From a virus (taxonomy: Duplodnaviria > Caudoviricetes), in the IMG/VR virus record IMGVR_UViG_3300049926_000032, positions 1 through 43,281 of that record: a DNA stretch of 43,281 nucleotides; one strand, written 5' to 3'. Shown here in pieces: positions 8,251 to 17,265 of this stretch. Both the position numbers and the translations under genes were made by a program. Positions within the stretch are counted from its first letter, which is position 1. Each line of letters starts with the position of its first letter. The notes beneath the pieces are model-generated. The model was not told the origin of the DNA. It was given only the letters and a program-made list of their open reading frames with translations, and did no database searches.

Positions 8251-8347
8251 GGCCGATTATAACATGAGGCTAAACACGCTCGATTCCACTAAAGCTCTCA
8301 ACAATGTGGGATTTACAATGCTTGCGTTTGGAAGTTATACTGGAGTC

Positions 8348-8504
8348 CAGTCTTCAGAGAAAAGGTTGTCTACCTTCTCTGAATGGCTGATCCGAGAATA
8401 GTTTGAGGGTTGCCAGCTACAAGTAGGTGTGTTAAGGTGTGTCTCAAGACAACCTTTTCTCTGCCTAAGTAAAAGTGCCTCCCTCATCGGGGGGCTTCTT
8501 TTTT
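8348..8504 (+). ncRNA. Candidate bistable RNA F
   Basis: TTTACA/TATACT promoter; perfect 17-bp inverted repeat 8355-8371/8447-8463 competing with a local hairpin; terminator with T6. Confidence 0.5.
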
Positions 8505-8747
8505 GCCCTCCACTGGCTTCCACCCATTTCTCAAACCGAATTAAGCCAAAGCATAGATAGCGACTTACCACGACTCTGACGTTTTCAGAGGGGGACACGA
8601 GGCACCGTACATCACGACTCCACCACCGTTATAAGCCTGTCTTATACACCGTTGGCGGCATAGGGTTCCCCGCCCGTTAGGGCGCTGGGGGGCGGGGGGC
8701 GCTATTGCCTTTTTAAAGGTATCGAATCCGCAACCTTTAAACCTCAG

Positions 8748-8800
8748 TTTTACACAGCCTGTGGATGAACAGTGGATAACTTTGTACTGTACAATTGTAC
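8748..8800. other. Putative replication origin with three DnaA-box-like 9-mers
   Basis: TTTTACACA 8748, TGTGGATGA 8760, AGTGGATAA 8771; palindrome GTACAATTGTAC 8789-8800. Confidence 0.4.
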
Positions 8801-8935
8801 TGCAATGTGCTAGTATACTTACATACCGTTCAAACCACATATTTATTGAGGGTTTCGAGGGGTAGAAGCTTTAATCTCCGGCTGAGTGTCATAAACAGCA
8901 ACTCAGCCGGAGACAACTAAATCTAAGGAGCCGTA

Positions 8936-9148
8936 ATGCAGCAGACCACCACGATCTGTCCGTACTGCGCCGAACCGAGGGATAACCTCGATGGTTTTCA
9001 TACCTGCCCGGAGGCTCAAGCAGCCAAGGCTAGTATTGAGAAGTCCATTGAGGGCATGACCCGTATCGCCAATGGGGAACGACCCAAAGGCACCTACATG
9101 TCCCCAGCATATAAAGAACGACAAGCGAGGCTACACCGTGACCGATAA
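8936..9148 (+). CDS. Small zinc-finger-like protein
   Basis: CPYC...HTC; AAGGAG SD. Confidence 0.65.
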   Translation: MQQTTTICPYCAEPRDNLDGFHTCPEAQAAKASIEKSIEGMTRIANGERPKGTYMSPAYKERQARLHRDR

Positions 9149-9533
9149 AGATTTTGAAGGTTCCATTGCTCGGATAGCCGAGATCAAGAAAGAGCTAGCC
9201 CCGCTGGAAGCTCAGATGAAGCCCCTGCTCGATGAGCTGGAGGCTGTGAAGTTTGCGATTATGGCTCATATGCAGGCCACCCGCTCCAAGCGCACCGAGG
9301 CCGTCAACGGTTTCTATGTTGTCCGGGCCGAGCGCAAGAACGTGAACATTGCCGATGAGGAGCTAGTCACTAGCTGGCTGCTGGATCAAGGCTTCGACCT
9401 GTCCGAGTACACCAAGCTCGACACTACCCGTGTGAAGGCCGCCGCCGAAAGCGCCATGAAAGAAGATGGTGAGCTTGTCCCCGGAGTGGAAGTTAGCTCC
9501 ACCGAATATCTAACGATTAAGGAAGCGAAATAA
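9138..9533 (+). CDS. Gp157/Mu-Gam-like coiled-coil protein
   Basis: Coiled coil; C-terminal GELVPGVEV...YLTIK; adjacent to ERF. Confidence 0.65.
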   Translation: MTDKDFEGSIARIAEIKKELAPLEAQMKPLLDELEAVKFAIMAHMQATRSKRTEAVNGFYVVRAERKNVNIADEELVTSWLLDQGFDLSEYTKLDTTRVKAAAESAMKEDGELVPGVEVSSTEYLTIKEAK

Positions 9534-10165
9534 TGGCCGAGAAAGCCGAGAAGACTACCCCCACGATGATTGAGGACTTTATTGCTCTGCAAAAAGCCCT
9601 CCCGGTCATGCCGAAGGACACCTCCAACCCCTTCTTCAAGAGCAAGTACACCTCACTCGACACCATCACCGAGCTGATCTTCCCGATTATGACGAAGTAT
9701 AACTTTGGTTGGACTACCCGCCCTAGCACCAACGAACAGGGACTCGCCACACTGAAGTACTCCCTCATGCACGTCTCCGGCACCAATATTGATGGTGAGA
9801 TGCTGCTGATGCTGTCAAAGGCTGACCCACAGGGCCAAGGCTCCGCTATCACCTATGCCCGCCGCTACGCCCTCACGAGCGTTCTGGGGATCGTCTCGGA
9901 CGCTGACGATGATGGTAACGATGCAAGGGCTGCTGCCGAAGCAGCAAAGGCTAGCGACCCTCACACGGCTCCAGAGGAGCCTAGCCGCCAAGTGAATGAC
10001 GTACCGATTAGCAATATTTCACTAACTAAAGTGAAGCGGGCCTTTGCTGAACACAATATGGGTGGCATCGAAGTCACCAAGTTCTGTGACTTCATCATCG
10101 GCAAGCCGTCCCCGACTACCGAGAGTGACGCTGAAGAACTGATTAAAGCCTTGGATGCCAAATAA
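9533..10165 (+). CDS. erf: ERF-family single-strand annealing protein
   Basis: NPFFKSKY and QGQGSAITYARRYAL...DDDGN motifs. Confidence 0.92.
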   Translation: MAEKAEKTTPTMIEDFIALQKALPVMPKDTSNPFFKSKYTSLDTITELIFPIMTKYNFGWTTRPSTNEQGLATLKYSLMHVSGTNIDGEMLLMLSKADPQGQGSAITYARRYALTSVLGIVSDADDDGNDARAAAEAAKASDPHTAPEEPSRQVNDVPISNISLTKVKRAFAEHNMGGIEVTKFCDFIIGKPSPTTESDAEELIKALDAK

Positions 10166-10356
10166 TGAAGCCCTTTGAAGACCAGATGGATCACCGCTAT
10201 GGAGATCGTGGTGGGTGGAAAGGGCTGAAGCAGATTTTCTCTGCCAACCTCCCCTATGAGATGAAGATCGAGAATGTGAAGACCCAATACCGGGTGAGCC
10301 GGGGAACCGCCGTATCGTGGTACAAGCAGTACCGGGCGATTGTGGGGCTACAGTAA
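10165..10356 (+). CDS. Hypothetical protein (possible HTH)
   Basis: ORF track; coupled start and stop. Confidence 0.6.
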   Translation: MKPFEDQMDHRYGDRGGWKGLKQIFSANLPYEMKIENVKTQYRVSRGTAVSWYKQYRAIVGLQ

Positions 10357-10790
10357 TGCCACTCCTGAACTACACCACTACCATTGCTGCCGAGAAGACT
10401 GTGGCTGAGATTCAGCGGGCCTTGGCTAAGTCCGGCGCTCGTTCAATCCTGAGCGATTACAACACCTCCGGCGAGATTACCGCCATGAGCTTCACTATGC
10501 AGATTGGTGAGCAAACTGTAGGCTTCCGCCTGCCCGCCGACTGGCAACCCGTTTTGTACATCATGCAGCACGATCCGAAGGTACCTCAGCGTCTTTGCAC
10601 CGAGGAGCAAGCCAACAAAGTAGCGTGGCGCATCCTCAAGGATTGGGTGGAGGCTCAGCTTGCTATCATCGAGACTCGAATGGTGAAGCCCGAGCAAGCC
10701 TTCCTCCCATACATGCTTAACGCCCAAGGCCAGACTGTTTACCAAGCCTTCGCCGCCAACCCACAGTTCTTGCTTGGAGGTGGTAAGTGA
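10356..10790 (+). CDS. Conserved phage hypothetical protein
   Basis: NYTT...FRLPA...VAWRILKDWVEAQ...FLPY pattern. Confidence 0.75.
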   Translation: MPLLNYTTTIAAEKTVAEIQRALAKSGARSILSDYNTSGEITAMSFTMQIGEQTVGFRLPADWQPVLYIMQHDPKVPQRLCTEEQANKVAWRILKDWVEAQLAIIETRMVKPEQAFLPYMLNAQGQTVYQAFAANPQFLLGGGK

Positions 10791-11224
10791 AGCCCTTAGA
10801 GATGGATGAAGGCATGAAGAAGGTGACGGCTGAACTCACCGCCGAGGTAGAAGCAATCTTGGATGAGCCGAGTCAGGCTATCATTAGTGCGAACGAGCGC
10901 CTTGGGCTGCCCCGCACCAAAATGACGTGGGTGGTGGTTGCCTTCGATGTGGACGGCACCCTAATTGATGCTGGCCCGAAGTACTACGAAGATATCATTC
11001 AAACCCTCAAGGTCATGTCGAAGTGGAAGAACGTGAAGATTGTGGTATGGAGTGGTGGCGGTAAAGAATACGCCGCTAGGTGGGGTAGGCTACTCGATAT
11101 CGACAAGTACGTTTGGAAGTACGCTAGCAAGACCGAGTGGAGAGACATTCGCCCGGATATCGCCATTGATGATATCCAAGACACAGCTATTGGGGGTATT
11201 AACCTGATTGTGAGGAACAAATAA
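10787..11224 (+). CDS. HAD-superfamily hydrolase
   Basis: AFDVDGTL, WSGGG, IAIDD. Confidence 0.8.
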   Translation: MKPLEMDEGMKKVTAELTAEVEAILDEPSQAIISANERLGLPRTKMTWVVVAFDVDGTLIDAGPKYYEDIIQTLKVMSKWKNVKIVVWSGGGKEYAARWGRLLDIDKYVWKYASKTEWRDIRPDIAIDDIQDTAIGGINLIVRNK

Positions 11225-11415
11225 TGGAACTAGAAATTGAAGCTTATTTCCACTGCAAGAAGTGCCTTGAAGAAAAGCCAGCCGATGTAACCCCCCAAGA
11301 GTGGTCGAAAGTACAGGCAGGTTGGACAAAGAAAGGGCTTCAAGTCTGGTGCTTCCGGCACGAACTCAACATCATTAACCTAGATTTTGAGGGTAAGAAA
11401 GTGAAAGCCGCCTAA
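11224..11415 (+). CDS. Hypothetical protein with Cys/His motifs
   Basis: HCKKC...WCFRH. Confidence 0.65.
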   Translation: MELEIEAYFHCKKCLEEKPADVTPQEWSKVQAGWTKKGLQVWCFRHELNIINLDFEGKKVKAA

Positions 11416-12047
11416 TGGATATCCCAATTCCAGACAACCATGAAGACCGCATGACCCTACTGCACCAATTCCAGACGATTGCTGGGCCGAAGATGATCCC
11501 GAACGAACGGCTCCATGAGGTGTTCGAGATGGACAAGGAACACGCCGCCGAGGAAATGGAGGGTGGGGGAGTGATGATGAGCTTTGCTATTCACGGCAAG
11601 CACCGGGACACCGACAAGTGGGAAGTGACACTCGTGGTTATGGCCGACTGGCCGCCCGAGCGCAAGGATTTGGCTATGGCTGGCCTCGGTATGAAATACC
11701 ACGAGGACAACCCAGACCTGATGCCTCTAATCGTCTCTCAAGTTGCTGAGGCATGGATGGCGAAGCATGAGCGGGCTGACCAAGACAAGGATATGCTCGC
11801 CCCCAGCGAAGACCCGAATCGGGTGGAGGGGCTGCTAGTTCACACGACCACCATGGATCAGCGCCAAGACTTCTGTATAAGGGAGATTCTACGGGATGAG
11901 AAGGGCAAGTTTATTGGCCTCAAGGACTCTATGGAGGAGCGATATAACCCGGAAGACCCGGTTGACCTTAGTAGGCGACAGAACTACTTGGTGCAAAACT
12001 TCTTCATGGGCTACTTTGCCTCACTTGGGAAGGACGGTGATAAATGA
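11415..12047 (+). CDS. Hypothetical protein
   Basis: ORF track; coupled. Confidence 0.75.
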   Translation: MDIPIPDNHEDRMTLLHQFQTIAGPKMIPNERLHEVFEMDKEHAAEEMEGGGVMMSFAIHGKHRDTDKWEVTLVVMADWPPERKDLAMAGLGMKYHEDNPDLMPLIVSQVAEAWMAKHERADQDKDMLAPSEDPNRVEGLLVHTTTMDQRQDFCIREILRDEKGKFIGLKDSMEERYNPEDPVDLSRRQNYLVQNFFMGYFASLGKDGDK

Positions 12048-12229
12048 ACCCCGGCTCCGACTCATCGAAGTACTTTCAACACGCTGTCTGGTTTCTCCAG
12101 ATGCTCCTCCAGCGTGAAGGTCAAAAGCATTTGCAAGCCACCGTTAATTTTGAAGGGCGGAAGTACCGCCTAGAGTTTGAAGATATTGGCGAGGCTGACC
12201 CGCCAGAGAAGGAGAAGAAAAATGGTTGA
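12044..12229 (+). CDS. Hypothetical protein
   Basis: ORF track; coupled. Confidence 0.6.
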   Translation: MNPGSDSSKYFQHAVWFLQMLLQREGQKHLQATVNFEGRKYRLEFEDIGEADPPEKEKKNG

Positions 12230-12473
12230 TGTTTACGCATTTGGACAGGGTAATCCCGGCTGCCTGACGGTAATGACCCAGATCACCATGGATGAGATTG
12301 AAAAGCTCGATGCTATGGGCCTCCGTGGTTCCGCCGTGTGGATTGCCTACAAGGATATCTGCAAGAGTGAGATCAACGAGCTGAAGAAGCGCATTGCCAC
12401 GGGCGAAATTGAGGAACAGGTCAAAGCTACCCGTGACTGGAAGATGGAACACGGGGGAGGCAAGCACCAATGA
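12222..12473 (+). CDS. Hypothetical phage protein
   Basis: GNPG...LRGSAVWIAYKDIC; AAGGAG SD. Confidence 0.65.
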   Translation: MVDVYAFGQGNPGCLTVMTQITMDEIEKLDAMGLRGSAVWIAYKDICKSEINELKKRIATGEIEEQVKATRDWKMEHGGGKHQ

Positions 12474-12925
12474 GCCTAGATGTTTCCCTAATGGGTGAAG
12501 AAAAGATCAAGAAGACCCCAAGCTCAGGCATATTTGTCCGAGAGGGCGGCCAAACCATAGAGATATCTGAGGAGGAGTGGTACAAGCGCAACCCGGATCG
12601 TGAACCCGTAAAGCTGAAACAGCAGCCGGAGGAGAGCAATGAGCTGTATAGCGCCAACATCACCCATAACCTGTCTCCAATGGCTCAAGCCGCCGACCTC
12701 TACTCCGCACTCTGGGTGCCAGATGAGCAAGGCTGGACAACAGCTAGGGATATTACGGGGATGCTCACACGGGGGCTGAAGCGTCTTAAAGCTGACCCCG
12801 AAGGGTTCCGAAAGTACAACCCCGATAACGGGTGGGGGAGTTATGAACTCCTCGTGCGTTTTGTTGAAGACTATCTCGAAGCGTGTGAGAAACACCCGGA
12901 TGCCACCGTTGAGGTGAGCCGATGA
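12470..12925 (+). CDS. Conserved phage hypothetical protein
   Basis: MSLDV...NITHNL...NPDNGWGSY. Confidence 0.75.
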   Translation: MSLDVSLMGEEKIKKTPSSGIFVREGGQTIEISEEEWYKRNPDREPVKLKQQPEESNELYSANITHNLSPMAQAADLYSALWVPDEQGWTTARDITGMLTRGLKRLKADPEGFRKYNPDNGWGSYELLVRFVEDYLEACEKHPDATVEVSR

Positions 12926-15514
12926 GCAAACTACCCACTACCAAGACCGAACTCGGAATCTGGCTACCCAAGCAGCTCGAACAGTTGCGGCCAGACCTAA
13001 AAGCTACCCAACGAACCCTCATGGCAAAAGCAATGCTGGACATGGTTAATTCGGACTATGAGGCTCAGACTCTCGCTGAGGGCTTCGAGGCCGCCCGCAC
13101 CAATACGGTTGACCCGGAGAGAGCTGCTAGCAGTATCCGATCCATGCGGGAGAATGGGCGCATATGAAAGCCTACGCTTGGGCCACCATTATGTTCGTGG
13201 CTATCATAAGTAGCTGTGTTGGCCTGCATTACCTATTCAACCTAGACTTTACCCCGCTCGTGATGGGTGCAGCCCTATGGCTCGGCTGCCTGTTGTTTGG
13301 GAAGGAGATTACCCGATGAGCATACTACTGTGGGTTTGGAACCACCTTGCCCGCCTTATGAGCATCTTCGTAGTTGTGGGCCTAGCCTTGCTGACCCTCC
13401 ACCAGCTAGGAGCAACGCCTTCACAAGAAATTATCACTCTGGAAGATGTGCTGGGGACTGTCGGGATAATCTCGCTTTGCTGGGTGTTGGGCTTTTTAGC
13501 CGCTTGGGAGTGGGCGATAAGAGGCGAAGATGAGTAAGTTTTGGGATAGCTTCGATAAGATGTTCGAGAATATGGATGAGATGTTTAAGCATATGCCGGA
13601 GGAACTTCGTTCAATGGGTTCACACAGCAGCTCCACTTCCACCATCATCCAGAATGGCAAAACCATCATAGTGAAGACCGTGAATAATAAAACCACCGTC
13701 ACCGTAAACGGGAAAGAGTGGGAGGAGAAAAAGAATGTTTGAATATAATCTAACCATAGGTGAATACAACGATGATGTTCGAGTGAGCATCGGAGTCAAA
13801 GTGAAGCAAGGGCTGTCGCCCGAGGACTACACGAAACTCCGGGCGGCCCTGAACGAAGTTGAGGAGATCACCCGGAAATATCAGCTACCCGTAGAGAAGA
13901 CAGCAGAATGATTGAGGCGATGCGATTCATTGGTGAAGATGGGAGCATGGGCTACAAGCATGGCGAGATTTATAATCTCTACATTTACCCCCACTGGTTC
14001 GGTTACAGAATTGTGGTAGAGCCGGTAGGGAAGCCTTCAATGCGCTGCCCTTATCGCAATATATTCACCTTCCTGCAAAATTGGCAATCCACCACACTGA
14101 AGGAGAGGCTAGGGGAATGAACATCGGTCATAGCCGGACTAAATCCGGGGAGATTATTTACGCTGATTTAACGCCAGCTACCCCACTGCTGGTTTGGCGT
14201 GGCTTCCAGCCCAAACACACCAAGGTTAAAATCCTCGATTTGCCAGAGCGTGTGATTACTCGCAACCTCATCCAGCGCTTTTGGCCGTGGGCTACGGGGC
14301 GAACATGGAAAGAAGCGCATATCCGTTGGTGGTTTGAGGTACATAGCGACTTTGCTCCCAAAACTGAAGACAACCCATTTGGAGTGGGCCAGCATCATTG
14401 GCAATACGATGGGGGCGCAATGACGTTGAGGCAAGCAATTTGGAAGGCCCATGATGCAGTGGCTAAAGCAGTGGAGGAAGTTGATGAGCAAGAAGTACCC
14501 AAAGCCTAAAGGCCCGCTTGCCTGTGGCATGTGTGGCGATATTGTGTACGCCAAGGATTTAATGTGGCACGAAGGTTTGGGCGGGAACTGGATTCACCGA
14601 AAATGCTATGAGGAGTGGAAGGCTAAGCGTAATGAATAACTTAGAAACCTGCCAAGGCTGTATCAACTGTGATGGCACTCGAACCCTCATAATGGCGAGT
14701 TTGTTGAAGGCATACCAGAACGGCCTCACCGATATAGTGGCGAAGACCGAGGGGGTGATCCCCGATAACAAGCACCACCTGACCGTACTCAACTTCATGG
14801 CAGACGATATTATGAAAGAGCTTAACGAATCATTTAGGGAGTATTCCGCCGAAACTCAAGCTAAGAGTAGGTTTGTCCCCACATATCCATGTCCTCGGTG
14901 CAACGCCGTGGCTAACAGCGAAGAAGCACTAGAGGGCCACATGTCTGAGCGCCACGGGATAGATTTGTGAGTAAGATAATCATCAAGATGGTGTTAGGGC
15001 TGGTGATTAGCGCAATTGCCATTTGGCTAGCTTTAATTTGGTTCGGGTGGAAGTTCCTTTTGGTCATTGGGCTGCTGCTGTGGGCGAATAATATTAGTCA
15101 AAGTTGGGACAGGAAATGAGTAGGTGTGAATACATCATTACAGAGGATGGAACGAGGGTCTTGGTTAATTTTGCCGGGCCGGGGCTGACGCTTTCTGACA
15201 TGGAGGAGCTTAATAACTTTGCTCGACAGAGGCGTGAGAAGTTCGAGAAGAAGAAAAACAAGCCCAAACCCCCAGCCAAGTAGATGCACACCTGCCCCCA
15301 ATGCTTAAGAGGGTATTTCAAGTCACCCCACGTTTGCGGGAAGAACACACCCTCATCGAGTTATGTAAAGCTGGCCGACAGGCGAAAGCAGTCCATGCGG
15401 TATGAGATGTTTACCGAGGCATTTGATTTATTACTCCAGCACCACCACATTAAACAGCTCCCCGATGGAAGGTACGCACTAGAAGGGTATGAAGAAGTCA
15501 GCCAAAAAGCTTAA
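12922..15514 (+). other. Run of about 12 small, tightly coupled hypothetical genes (several membrane or CxxC proteins)
   Basis: Includes 12922-13167, 13164-13319, 13316-13537, 13530-13742, 13735-13911, 13908-14120, 14117-14509, 14484-14639, 14632-14970, 15284-15514. Confidence 0.6.
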
Positions 15515-15656
15515 TACCCTCATTACCAAGGCTATGCGTAAGTGGGGAGACTTGGGTGATTACGCTGTAGTACGGAAGGCTAGGTGGCTCAAACGTAAGT
15601 AGTGATATCATAATGCTATCATTGTGCAAGCACTAGAGTAATGGCATGATGAAGGC

Positions 15657-16079
15657 ATGGAAGAAGTGGCACAAAATGGCACAGAGGTAACTCCACCGCA
15701 ACAAGAGTGGATTGACTTTCGTGCCATGGGTGGTCTAGTAATAGACTCTGACGGTCAAGTTAGCAAAAAAACCACTGACCAATTCTCGAAGGATAGCAAC
15801 ATACCACGCCGTACTCTCTACAATTGGGAGACGGCTATTCCTGATTTTTGGGAGAAGGTGAAGGCTAGACGCAATGAGCTATACGCCCGTGATGCTGTGA
15901 ATATTATCTACAAGGCTATGCTCAAGAAAGCTGCTGGTGGGGATGTGCAGGCGGCCAAGCTAATCCTCAACCAAGCCCGTGTACTTGAGGCTGAGAAGTC
16001 TGATATCACCACCAACGGTAAAGACCTGCCAACCCCGATTGTGAGCTTGGATGCCCTACGCACAAACAACGGCAACTAA
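15657..16079 (+). CDS. terS: Terminase small subunit (HTH)
   Basis: IPRRTLYNW HTH; GDVQAAKL; C-terminal DITTNGKDL; precedes TerL. Confidence 0.75.
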   Translation: MEEVAQNGTEVTPPQQEWIDFRAMGGLVIDSDGQVSKKTTDQFSKDSNIPRRTLYNWETAIPDFWEKVKARRNELYARDAVNIIYKAMLKKAAGGDVQAAKLILNQARVLEAEKSDITTNGKDLPTPIVSLDALRTNNGN

Positions 16080-17229
16080 GAAGATTGCGAACCTTCGCAA
16101 GCGCATCAAAGGCATCCAAGGCGGTACCAGTGCTAGCAAAACGATATCAACTCTGCTTATTCTGATAGCAGAAAGCCAAACTGATAGCACTCCCAAGCTC
16201 ACCAGCGTAGTGAGCGAGAGTATGCCCCACCTACGCCGTGGTGCCATGCGTGACTTCCTCAACATCATGCAGGATCACCATTACTACCAAGAGAGCCAGT
16301 GGAACCGCACCGAGTTTATTTACACCTTCGAGACGGGGAGCAAGATCGAGTTCTTCAGCGCCGACACCCCGGACAAAGTGCGTGGCCCCCGCCGTGACCG
16401 CCTGTTTATCAACGAGTGCAACAACATCCCCTTCGAGGCTTTCAACCAGCTCGAAGTCCGTACCCGTGAGGAAATCTACCTCGACTGGAACCCCACCAAT
16501 GAGTTCTGGTTCTATACCGATGTGCTTGGCAACCCGGATATGGAAGTGGATCACATCATCATCACCTACAAGGACAACGAGGCGCTGGAGGAATCCATTG
16601 TGAAGTCCATCGAGTCACGCCGGGCCAATAAAGGCTGGTGGGCTGTGTATGGCTTGGGGCAACTCGGTGAGGTGGAGGGCAAAATCTATAAGGATTGGAA
16701 GCTCGACCTTGACGAAATACCCCACGAAGCTCGGCTTGAACGCTATGGGCTGGACTTCGGTTACTCGAACGACCCGACTTCCGTAGTGGCGATCTACTCC
16801 TACAACGGTGGGTACATCGTGGATGAGGTGATGCACCGCAAGGGCTTGAGCAACAAACAGATTGCTGACCACATGCTCAACCTACCCGTGGCGCTCATCA
16901 TTGCCGACAGCGCCGAGCCTAAGAGTATCGATGAAATAGCCAGCTATGGCCTCTCCATCATCGGGGCTAACAAAGGCCAAGGCTCAGTGAACCAAGGCAT
17001 CCAATATGTGCAGGATCAGCGCATCACGGTGACGAAGAACTCCCCCAATATCAAGAAAGCCTATAACAACTACTTGTGGATGGTGGATAAGGACGGCAAG
17101 ATTCTGAACTTGCCGGATCACTACCTGAGTGACGCTATGGATGCCCTTCGGTACGGTATGGAGAGCTTGAAGCCACGGGCCGAGGACAACGAGCCAGAGG
17201 AAGTGGCTATCGAAAGTCTGATTTATTAA
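16051..17229 (+). CDS. terL: Terminase large subunit, PBSX family
   Basis: QGGTSASKT Walker A; LFINEC Walker B; GLDFGYSNDP, ADSAEPKSI and DAMDALRY nuclease motifs. Confidence 0.95.
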   Translation: MPYAQTTATKKIANLRKRIKGIQGGTSASKTISTLLILIAESQTDSTPKLTSVVSESMPHLRRGAMRDFLNIMQDHHYYQESQWNRTEFIYTFETGSKIEFFSADTPDKVRGPRRDRLFINECNNIPFEAFNQLEVRTREEIYLDWNPTNEFWFYTDVLGNPDMEVDHIIITYKDNEALEESIVKSIESRRANKGWWAVYGLGQLGEVEGKIYKDWKLDLDEIPHEARLERYGLDFGYSNDPTSVVAIYSYNGGYIVDEVMHRKGLSNKQIADHMLNLPVALIIADSAEPKSIDEIASYGLSIIGANKGQGSVNQGIQYVQDQRITVTKNSPNIKKAYNNYLWMVDKDGKILNLPDHYLSDAMDALRYGMESLKPRAEDNEPEEVAIESLIY

Positions 17230-17265
17230 GCTATACTGAAGCATAAGAACTGATTGGGGTATACA

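Noticed and set aside
7561-8840. ORFs 7561-7857, 7952-8146, 8335-8598 and 8565-8840
   Set aside because: They run through terminators, have no SD or motifs, and have atypical composition.
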